Shown: one piece after another, positions 1 to 12,800 of the stretch
Numbering within the stretch: the first letter of the stretch is position 1
How the letters are laid out: each line of letters begins with the position of its first letter
DNA from: Eledone cirrhosa
Lineage: Eukaryota
DNA: 64,000 nucleotides
Reading direction: 5' to 3'
Assembly: GCA_964016885.1 (NCBI GenBank)
Contig: OZ024743.1
Span: 210,366,001 to 210,430,000 of the forward strand
The notes under the pieces: model-generated
Told to the model about the DNA's origin: nothing
Seen by the model: only the letters and a program-made list of their open reading frames with translations
Database searches by the model: none
Position numbers and translations under genes: made by a program

Positions 1-3000
1 CATACATGAAAGCTCTTCACTCCATAAGATATACCACAGTTTACCATCCTATAGCCAGATGAAAGCTCTTCACTCCATAAGATATACCACAGTTTACCAT
101 CCTATAGCCACAGATGAAAGCTGTTCACTCCATAAGATATACCACAGTTTACCATCCTATAGCCAGATGAAAGCTCTTCACTCCATAAGATATACCACAG
201 TTTACCATCCTATAGCCACAGATGAAAGCTCTTCACTCCATAAGATATACCACAGTTTACCATCCTATAGCCACAGATGAAAGCTTTTCACTCCATAAGA
301 TATACCACATTTTACCATCCTATAGCCACAGATGAAAGCTCTTCACTCCATAAGATATACCACAGTTTACCATCCTATAGCCACACATGAAAGCTCTTCA
401 CTCCATAAGATACACCACAGTTTACCATCCTATAGCCACACATGAAAGCCCTTCACCCCATAAGATATACCACAGTTTACCATCCTATAGCCACACATGA
501 AAACTCTTCATTCCATAAGATATACCACAGTTTACCATCCTATAGCCAGATGAAAGCTCTTCACTCCATAAGATATACGACAGTTTACCATCCTATAGCC
601 ACACATGAAAGCTCTTCAATCCATAAGATATACCTCAGTTTACCATCTCATAGCCACACATGAAAGCTCTTCACTCCATAAGATATACCACAGTTTACCA
701 TCCTATGGCCACAAATGAAAGCTCTTCACCCCATAAGATATACCACTGTTTACCATCCTATGGCCACACATGAAAGCTCTTCACTCCATCAGATATACCA
801 AAGTTTACCATCCTATGGCCACAGATGAAAGCTCTTCACTCCATAATATATACCACAGTTTACCATCCTACAGCCACAGATGAAAGCTTTTCACTCCATA
901 AGATATACCACCGTTTACCATCCTATAGCCACAGATGAAAGCTCTTCACTCCATAAGATATACCACAGTTTACCATCCTATAGCCACAGATGAAAGCTCT
1001 TCAGTCCATAAGATATACCACAGTTTAACATCCTATAGTCAGATGAAAGTTCTTCACTCCATAAGATATACCACAGTATACCATCCTATAGCCACAAATG
1101 AAAGCTCTTCACTCCATAAGATATACCACAGTTTACCATCCTATAGCCACTGATGAAAGTTCTTCACTCCATAAGATATACCACAGTTTACCATCCTATA
1201 GCCACACATGAAAGCTCTTCACTCCATAAGATATACCACAGTTTACCTTCCTATAGCCAGATAAAAGCTCTTCACTCCATTAGATATACCAGTTTACCAT
1301 CCTATAGCCACATATGAAAGCTCTTCACTCCATAAGATATACCACAGTTCACCATCCTATAGCCAGATGAAAGCTCTTCACTCCATAAGATATACCACAG
1401 TTTACCGTCCTATAGCCACAGATGAACGCTCTTCACCCCATAAGATATACCACAGTTTACCATCCTATGGCTACACTTGAAAGCTCTTCACTCCATAAGA
1501 TATACCACAGTTTACCATCCTATGGCCACACATGAAAGCTCTTCACCCCATAAGATATACCACAGTTTACAATCCTATGGCCACAGTTGAAAGCTCCTCA
1601 CTCCATAAGATATATCACAGTTTACCACCCTATAGCCACACATGAAAGCACTTCACTCCATAAGATATACCTCAGATTACCATCCTATATCCACACATGA
1701 GAGCTCTTCACTCCGTAAGATATACCACAGTTTACCATCCTATAGCCAGATGAAAGCTCTTCACCCCATAAGATATACCACAGTTTACCATTCTATAGCC
1801 ACAGATGAAAGCTCTTCACTCTATAAGATATACCACAGTTTACCATCCTATAGCCACACATGAAAGCTCTTCACTCCATAAGATATACCACAGTTTACCA
1901 TCCTACAGCCACAGATGAAAGCTCTTTACTCCATAAGATATACCGCAGTTTACCATCCTATAGCCACACATGAGAGCTCTTCACTCCATAAGATATACCA
2001 CAGTTTACCATCTAATGGCCACAAATGAAAGCTCTTCACCCCATAAGATATACCACAGTTTACCATCCTATGGCCACACATGAAAGCTCTTCACCCCATA
2101 AGATATACCACAGTTTACCACCCTATAGCCACACATGAAAGCTCTTCACTCCATAAGATATACCTCAGATTACCATCCTATAGCCACACATGAGAACTCT
2201 TCACTCCATAAGATATACCACAGTTTACCATCCTATAGCCAGATGAAAGCTCTTCACCCCATAAGATATACCACAGTTTACCATCCTATAGCCACAGATG
2301 AAAGCTCTTCACTCTATAAGATATACCACAGTTTACCATCCTATAGCCACACATGAAAGCTCTTCACTCCATAAGATATACCACAGTTTACCATCCTATA
2401 GCCACAGATGAAAGCTCTTCACTCCATGAGATATACCACAGTTTACAATCCTATAGCCACGCCACGGAAGAAAGCTCTTCACTCCATAAGATATACCACA
2501 GTTTACAATCCTATAGTCACAGATGAAAGCTCTTCACCCCATAAGATATACCACTGTTTACCATCCTATGGCCACACATGAAAGCTCTTCACTCCATCAG
2601 ATATACCAAAGTTTACCATCCTATGGCCACAGATGAAAGCTCTTCACTCCATAATATATACCACAGTTTACCATCCTATAGCCACAGATGAAAGCTCTTC
2701 ACTCCATAAGATATACCACCGTTTACCATCCTATAGCCACAGATGAAAGCTCTTCACTCCATAAGATATACCACAGTTTACCATCCTATAGCCACAGATG
2801 AAAGCTCTTCAGTCCATAAGATATACCACAGTTTAACATCCTATAGTCAGATGAAAGTTCTTCACTCCATAAGATATACCACAGTATACCATCCTATAGC
2901 CACAAATGAAAGCTCTTCACTCCATAAGATATACCACAGTTTACCATCCTATAGCCACTGATGAAAGTTCTTCACTCCATAAGATATACCACAGTTTACC

Positions 3001-5744
3001 ATCCTATAGCCACACATGAAAGCTCTTCACTCCATAAGATATACCACAGTTTACCTTCCTATAGCCAGATAAAAGCTCTTCACTCCATTAGATATACCAG
3101 TTTACCATCCTATAGCCACATATGAAAGCTCTTCACTCCATAAGATATACCACAGTTCACCATCCTATAGCCAGATGAAAGCTCTTCACTCCATAAGATA
3201 TACCACAGTTTACCGTCCTATAGCCACAGATGAACGCTCTTCACTCCATAAGATATACCACAGTTTACCATCCTTTACCCAGATGAAAGCTCTTCACTCC
3301 ATCAGATATACCACAGTTTACCATCCTATAGTCACAGATGAAAGCTCTTCACCCCATAAGATATACCACAGTTTACCATCCTATGGCCACACATGAAAGC
3401 TCTTCACCCCATAAGATATACCACAGTTTACCATCCTATGGCTACACTTGAAAGCTCTTCACTCCATAAGATATACCACAGTCTACCATCCTATGGCCAC
3501 ACATGAAAGCTCTTCACCCCATAAGATATACCACAGTTTACAATCCTATGGCCACAGTTGAAAGCTCCTCACTCCATAAGATATATCACAGTTTACCACC
3601 CTATAGCCACACATGAAAGCACTTCACTCCATAAGATATACCTCAGATTACCATCCTATATCCACACATGAGAGCTCTTCACTCCGTAAGATATACCACA
3701 GTTTACCATCCTATAGCCAGATGAAAGCTCTTCACCCCATAAGATATACCACAGTTTACCATTCTATAGCCACAGATGAAAGCTCTTCACTCTATAAGAT
3801 ATACCACAGTTTACCATCCTATAGCCACACATGAAAGCTCTTCACTCGATAAGATATACCACAGTTTACCATCCTACAGCCACAGATGAAAGCTCTTTAC
3901 TCCATAAGATATACCACAGTTTACCATCCTATAGCCACACATGAGAGCTCTTCACTCCATAAGATATACCACAGTTTACCATCTAATGGCCACAAATGAA
4001 AGCTCTTCACCCCATAAGATATACCACAGTTTACCATCCTATGGCCACACATGAAAGCTCTTCACCCCATAAGATATACCACAGTTTACCACCCTATAGC
4101 CACACATGAAAGCTCTTCACTCCATAAGATATACCTCAGATTACCATCCTATAGCCACACATGAGAGCTCTTCACTCCATAAGATATACCACAGTTTACC
4201 ATCCTATAGCCAGATGAAAGCTCTTCACCCCATAAGATATACCACAGTTTACCATCCTATAGCCACAGATGAAAGCTCTTCACTCTATAAGATATACCAC
4301 AGTTTACCATCCTATAGCCACACATGAAAGCTCTTCACTCCATAAGATATACCACAGTTTACCATCCTATAGCCACACATGAGAGCTCTTCACTCCATAA
4401 AATATACCACAGTTTACCATCTAATGGCCACAAATGAAAGCTCTTCACCCCATAAGATATACCACAGTTTACCATCCTATGGCCACACATGAAAGCTCTT
4501 CACCCCATAAGATATACCACAGTTTACCACCCTATAGCCACACATGAAAGCTCTTCACTCCATAAGATATACCACAGTTTACCATCCTATAGCCACAGAT
4601 GAAAGCTCTTCACTCCATAAGATATACCACAGTTTACCATCCTATAACCACAGATGAAAGCTCTTCACCCCATAAGATATACCACAGTTTACCATCCTAT
4701 AGCCACACATGAAAGCTCTTCACTCCATAAGATATACCACAGTTTACCATCCTATAGCCACACATGAAAGCTCTTGACTCCATAAGATATACCACAGTTT
4801 ACCATCCTATAGCCACACATGAAAGCTCTTCACGCCATAAGATATACCTCAGTTTACCATCCTATAGCCACAGATGAAAGCTCTTCACTCCATAAGATAT
4901 ACCACAGTTTACCATCCTATAGCCACAGATGAAAGCTCTTCACTCCATAAGATATACCACAGTTTACCATGATATAGCCACAGATGAAAGCTGTTTACTC
5001 CATAAGATATACCAGAGTTTACCATCCTATAGCCACACATGAAAGCTCTTCACTCCATAAGATATACCACAGTTTACCTTCCTATAGCCACAGATGAGTG
5101 CTCTTCACCCCATAAGATATACCACAGTTTACCATCCTATAGCCACACATGAAAGCTCTTCACTCCATAAGATATACCACAGTTTACCATCCTATAGCCA
5201 CACATGAAAGCTCTTCACTCCATAAGATATACCACAGTTTACCATCCTATAGCCACAGATGAAAGCTCTTCACCCCATAAGATATAACACAGTTTACCAT
5301 CCTATAGCCACACATGAAAGCTCTTCACCCCATATGATATACTACAGTTTACCATCCTATTGCCACACATGAAAGCTCTTCACTCCATAAGATATACCAC
5401 AGTTTACCATCCTATAGCCACACATGAAAGCTCTTCACTCCATAAGATATACCACAGTCTACCATCCTATAGCCAGATGAAAGCACTTCACTCCATAAGA
5501 TATACCACAGTTTACCATCCTATGGCCACAGATGAAAGCTCTTTACCCCATAAGATATACCTCAGTTTACCATCCTATAGCCACAGATGAAAGCTCTTCA
5601 CTCCATAAGATATACCACAGTTTACTATCCTATAGCCACACATGAGAGCTCTTCACTCCATAAGATATACCACAGTTTACCATCCTATGGCCACACATGA
5701 AAGCTCTTCAGCCATAAGATATACCACAGTTTACCATCCTATAG

Positions 5745-7120
5745 CCAGATGAAAGCTCTTCACTCCGTAAAATATACCACAGTTTACCATCCTATAGCCA
5801 CACATGAAAGCTCTTCACTCCATAAGTTATACCACAGTTTACCATCCTATAGCCACATATGAAAGCTCTTCACTCCATAAGATATACCACAGTTTACCAT
5901 CCTATAGCCACACATGAAAGCTGTTTACTCCATAAGATATACCAGAGTTTACCATCCTATGGCCACACATGAAATCTCTTCACTCCATAAGATATACTAC
6001 AGTTTACCATCCTATAGCCACACATGAAAGCTCTTCACTCCATAAAATATACAACAGTTTACCATCCTATAGCCACAGATGAAAGCTCTTCACTCCATAA
6101 GATATACCACAGTTTACCATCCTATAGCCAGATGAAAGCTCTTCACTCCATAAGCTATACCACAGTTTACCACCCTATAGCCACAGATGAAAGCTCTTCA
6201 CTCCATGAGATATACCACAGTTTACAATCCTATAGCCACGCCACGGAAGAAAGCTCTTCACTCCATAAGATATACCACAGTTTACCATCCTATAGCCACA
6301 GATGAAAGCTCTTCACTCTATAAGATATACCACAGTTTACCATCCTATAGCCACACATGAAAGCTCTTCACTCCATAAGATATACCACAGTTTACCATCC
6401 TATAGCCACACATGAGAGCTCTTCACTCCATAAGATATACCACAGTTTACCATCTAATGGCCACAAATGAAAGTTCTTCACCCCATAAGATATACCACAG
6501 TTTACCATCCTATGGCCACAAATGAAAGCTCTTCACCCCTTAAGATATACCACAGTTTACCATCCTATAGCCAGATGAAAGCTCTTCACTCCGTAAAATA
6601 TACCACAGTTTACCATCCTATAGCCACACATGAAAGCTCTTCACTCCATAAGTTATACCACAGTTTACCATCCTATAGCCACATATGAAAGCTCTTCACT
6701 CCATAAGATATACCACAGTTTACCATCCTATAGCCACACATGAAAGCTCTTCACTCCATAAGATATACCACTGTTTACCATCCTATGGCCACACATGAAA
6801 TCTCTTCACTCCATAAGATATACTACAGTTTACCATCCTATAGCCACACATGAAAGCTCTTCACTCCATAAAATATACAACAGTTTACCATCCTATAGCC
6901 ACAGATGAAAGCTCTTCACTCCATAAGATATACCACAGTTTACCATCCTATAGCCAGATGAAAGCTCTTCACTCCATAAGCTATACCATAGTTTACCACC
7001 CTATAGCCACAGATGAAAGCTCTTCACTCCATGAGATATACCACAGTTTACAATCCTATAGCCACGCCACGGAAGAAAGCTCTTCACTCCATAAGATATA
7101 CCACAGTTTACAATCCTATA
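5745..7120. repeat. Local tandem duplication, 826-bp period (15 monomers), with a third copy near 9090-9650
   Basis: Marker CCGTAAAATA lies at ~5765, ~6591 and ~9108. Near-identical 93-aa ORF translations start at 6024, 6850 and 9367 (offsets 826 and 2517). Confidence 0.88.
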
Positions 7121-9809
7121 GTCACAGATGAAAGCTCTTCACCCCATAAGATATACCACTGTTTACCATCCTATGGCCACACATGAAAGCTCTTCACTCC
7201 ATCAGATATACCAAAGTTTACCATCCTATGGCCACAGATGAAAGCTCTTCACTCCATAATATATACCACAGTTTACCATCCTATAGCCACAGATGAAAGC
7301 TCTTCACTCCATAAGATATACCACCATTTACCATCCTATAGCCACAGATGAAAGCTCTTCACTCCATAAGATATACCACAGTTTACCATCCTATAGCCAC
7401 AGATGAAAGCTCTTCAGTCCATAAGATATACCACAGTTTAACATCCTATAGTCAGATGAAAGTTATTCACTCCATAAGATATACCACAGTATACCATCCT
7501 ATAGACACAAATGAAAGCTCTTCACTCCATAAGATATACCACAGTTTACCATCCTATAGCCACTGATGAAAGTTCTTCACTCCATAAGATATACCACAGT
7601 TTACCATCCTATAGCCACACATGAAAGCTCATCACTCCATAAGATATACCACAGTTTACCTTCCTATAGCCAGATAAAAGCTCTTCACTCCATTAGATAT
7701 ACCAGTTTACCATCCTATAGCCACATATGAAAGCTCTTCACTCCATAAGATATACCACAGTTCACCATCCTATAGCCAGATGAAAGCTCTTCACTCCATA
7801 AGATATACCACAGTTTACCGTCCTATAGCCACAGATGAACGCTCTTCACTCCATAAGATATACCACAGTTTACCAGCCTTTACCCAGATGAAAGCTCTTC
7901 ACTCCATCAGATATACCACAGTTTACCATCCTATAGTCACAGATGAAAGCTCTTCACCCCATAAGATATACCACAGTTTACCATCCTATGGCCACACATG
8001 AAAGCTCTTCACCCCATAAGATATAACACAGTTTACCATCCTATGGCTACACTTGAAAGCTCTTCACTCCATAAGATATACCACAGTTTACCATCCTATG
8101 GCCACACATGAAAGCTCTTCACCCCATAAGATATACCACAGTTTACAATCATATGGCCACAGTTGAAAGCTCCTCACTCCATAAGATATATCACAGTTTA
8201 CCACCCTATAGCCACACATGAAAGCACTTCACTCCATAAGATATACCTCAGATTACCATCCTATATCCACACATGAGAGCTCTTCACTCCGTAAGATATA
8301 CCACAGTTTACCATCCTATAGCCAGATGAAAGCTCTTCACCCCATAAGATATACCACAGTTTACCATTCTATAGCCACAGATGAAAGCTCTTCACTCTAT
8401 AAGATATACCACAGTTTACCATCCTATAGCCACACATGAAAGCTCTTCACTCCATAAGATATACCACAGTTTACCATCCTACAGCCACAGATGAAAGCTC
8501 TTTACTCCATAAGATATACCACAGTTTACCATCCTATAGCCACACATGAGAGCTCTTCACTCCATAAGATATACCACAGTTTACCATCTAATGGCCACAA
8601 ATGAAAGCTCTTCACCCCATAAGATATACCACAGTTTACCATCCTATGGCCACACATGAAAGCTCTTCACCCCATAAGATATACCACAGTTTACCACCCT
8701 ATAGCCACACATGAAAGCTCTTCACTCCATAAGATATACCTCAGATTACCATCCTATAGCCACACATGAGAGCTCTTCACTCCATAAGATATACCACAGT
8801 TTACCATCCTATAGCCAGATGAAAGCTCTTCACCCCATAAGATATACCACAGTTTACCATCCTATAGCCACACATGAAAGCTCTTCACTCCATAAGATAT
8901 ACCACAGTTTACCATCCTATAGCCACACATGAGAGCTCTTCAATCCATAAGATATACCGCAGTTTACCATCCTACAGCCACAGATGAAAGCTCTTTACTC
9001 CATAAGATATACCACAGTTTACCATCTAATGGCCACAAATGAAGGCTCTTCACCCCTTAAGATATACCACAGTTTACCATCCTATAGCCAGATGAAATAT
9101 CTTCACTCCGTAAAATATACCACAGTTTACCATCCTATAGCCACACATGAAAGCTCTTCACTCCATAAGTTATACCACAGTTTACCATCCTATAGCCACA
9201 TATGAAAGCTCTTCACTCCATAAGATATACCACAGTTTACCATCCTATAGCCACACATGAAAGCTCTTCACTCCATAAGATATACCACTGTTTACCATCC
9301 TATGGCCACACATGAAATCTCTTCACTCCATAAGATATACTACAGTTTACCATCCTATAGCCACACATGAAAGCTCTTCACTCCATAAAATATACAACAG
9401 TTTACCATCCTATAGCCACAGATGAAAGCTCTTCACTCCATAAGATATACCACAGTTTACCATCCTATAGCCAGATGAAAGCTCTTCACTCCATAAGCTA
9501 TACCATAGTTTACCACCCTATAGCCACAGATGAAAGCTCTTCACTCCATGAGATATACCACAGTTTACAATCCTATAGCCACGCCACGGAAGAAAGCTCT
9601 TCACTCCATAAGATATACCACAGTTTACAATCCTATAGTCACAGATGAAAGCTCTTCACTCCATAAGATATACCACAGTTTAACATCCTATGGCCACAGA
9701 TGAAAGCTCTTCACTCCATAAGATATACCACAGTTAACCATCCTATAGCCACAGATGAAAGCTCTTCACTCCATAAGATATACCACAGTTTACCATCCTA
9801 TAGCCACAC

Positions 9810-12800
9810 ATGAAAGCTCTTCACTCCATAAGATATACCACAGTTTACCATCCTATAGTCACACATGAAAGCTCTTCACTCCATAAGATATAACACAGTT
9901 TACCATCCTATAGCCAGATGAAAGCTTTTCACTCCATAAGATATACCACAGTTTACCATCCTATAGCCACAGTTGAAAGCTCTTCACTCCATAAGATATA
10001 CCACAGTTTACCATCCTATAGCCACAGATGAAAGCTCTTCACTCCATAAGATATACCACAGTTTACCATCCTATAGCCACAGATGAAAGTTGTTCACTCC
10101 ATAAGATATACCACAGTTTACCATCCTATAGCCACACATGAAAGCTCATCACTCCATAAGATATACCACAGTTTACCATCATATAGCCATACATGAAAGC
10201 TCTTCACTCCATAAGATATACCACAGTTTACCATCCTATACCCAGATGAAAGCTCTTCACTCCATAAGATATACCACAGTTTACCATCCTATAGCCACAG
10301 ATGAAAGCTGTTCACTCCATAAGATATACCACAGTTTACCATCCTATAGCCAGATGAAAGCTCTTCACTCCATAAGTTATACCACAGTTTACCATCCTAT
10401 AGCCACAGATGAAAGCTCTTCACTCCATAAGATATACCACATTTTACCATCCTATAGCCACAGATGAAAGCTCTTCACTCCATAAGATATACCACAGTTT
10501 ACCATCCTATAGCCACACATGAAAGCTCTTCACTCCATAAGATACACCACAGTTTACCATCCTATAGCCACACATGAAAGCTCTTCACTCCATAAGATAT
10601 ACCACAGTTTACCATCCTATAGCCACAGATGAAAGCCCTTCACCCCATAAGATATACCACAGTTTACCATCCTGTAGCCACACATGAAAGCTCTTCATTC
10701 CATAAGATATACCACAGTTTACCATCCTATAGCCAGATGAAAGCTCTTCACTCCATAAGATATACGACAGTTTACCATCCTATAGCCACACATGAAAGCT
10801 CTTCAATCCATAAGATATACCTCAGTTTACCATCTCATAGCCACACATGAAAGCTCTTCACTCCATAAGATATACCACAGTTTACCATCTAATGGCCACA
10901 AATGAAAGCTCTTCACCCCATAAGATATACCACTGTTTACCATCCTATGGCCACACATGAAAGCTCTTCACTCCATCAGATATACCAAAGTTTACCATCC
11001 TATGGCCACAGATGAAAGCTCTTCACTCCATAATATATACCACAGTTTACCATCCTATAGCCACAGATGAAAGCTCTTCACTCCATAAGATATACCACCG
11101 TTTACCATCCTATAGCCACAGATGAAAGCTCTTCACTCCATAAGATATACCACAGTTTACCATCCTATAGCCACAGATGAAAGCTCTTCAGTCTATAAGA
11201 TATACCAAAGTTTAACATCCTATAGTCAGATGAAAGTTCTTCACTCCATAAGATATACCACAGTATACCTTCCTATAGCCAGATAAAAGCTCTTCACTCC
11301 ATTAGATATACCAGTTTACCATCCTATAGCCACATATGAAAGCTCTTCACTCCATAAGATATACCACAGTTCACCATCCTATAGCCAGATGAAAGCTCTT
11401 CACTCCATAAGATATACCACAGTTTACCGTCCTATAGCCACAGATGAACACTCTTCACTCCATAAGATATACCACAGTTTACCATCCTATACCCAGATGA
11501 AAGCTCTTCACTCCATCAGATATACCACAGTTTACCATCCTATAGTCACAGATGAAAGCTCTTCACCCCATAAGATATACCACAGTTTACCATCCTATGG
11601 CCACACATGAAAGCTCTTCACCCCATAAGATATACCACAGTTTACCATCCTATGGCTACACTTGAAAGCTCTTCACTCCATAAGATATACCACAGTTTAC
11701 CATCCTATGGCCACACATGAAAGCTCTTCACCCCATGAGATATACCACAGTTTACAATCCTATGGCCACAGTTGAAAGCTCCTCACTCCATAAGATATAT
11801 CACAGTTTACCACCCTATAGCCACACATGAAAGCACTTCACTCCATAAGATATACCTCAGATTACCATCCTATATCCACACATGAGAGCTCTTCACTCCG
11901 TAAGATATACCACAGTATACCATCCTATAGCCAGATGAAAGCTCTTCACCCCATAAGATATACCACAGTTTACCATTCTATAGCCACAGATGAAAGCTCT
12001 TCACTCTATAAGATATACCACAGTTTACCATCCTATAGCCACACATGAAAGCTCTTCACTCCATAAGATATACCACAGTTTACCATCCTACAGCCACAGA
12101 TGAAAGCTCTTTACTCCATAAGATATACCACAGTTTACCATCCTATAGCCACACATGAGAGCTCTTCACTCCATAAGATATACCACAGTTTACCATCTAA
12201 TGGCCACAAATGAAAGCTCTTCACCCCATAAGATATACCACAGTTTACCATCCTATGGCCACACATGAAAGCTCTTCACCCCATAAGATATACCACAGTT
12301 TACCACCCTATAGCCACACATGAAAGCTCTTCACTCCATAAGATATACCTCAGATTACCATCCTATAGCCACACATGAGAGCTCTTCACTCCATAAGATA
12401 TACCACAGTTTACCATCCTATAGCCAGATGAAAGCTCTTCACCCCATAAGATATACCACAGTTTACCATCCTATAGCCACAGATGAAAGCTCTTCACTCT
12501 ATAAGATATACCACAGTTTACCATCCTATAGCCACACATGAAAGCTCTTCACTCCATAAGATATACCACAGTTTACCATCCTATAGCCACACATCAGAGC
12601 TCTTCAATCCATAAGATATACCGCAGTTTACCATCCTACAGCCACAGATGAAAGCTCTTTACTCCATAAGATATACCACAGTTTACCATCTAATGGCCAC
12701 AAATGAAAGCTCTTCACCCCATAAGATATACCACAGTTTACCATCCTATGGCTACACTTGAAAGCTCTTCACTCCATAAGATATACCACAGTTTACCATC

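Noticed and set aside
6-60. Transcription-factor-like motifs in each monomer: ACCACA (RUNX-like), GAAAGCTC/GAAAGTTC (heat-shock-element-like), TATA and GATA
   Set aside because: These are short or imperfect matches expected by chance in a 55-mer, multiplied only by repetition. The organism is unknown and there is no nearby gene.
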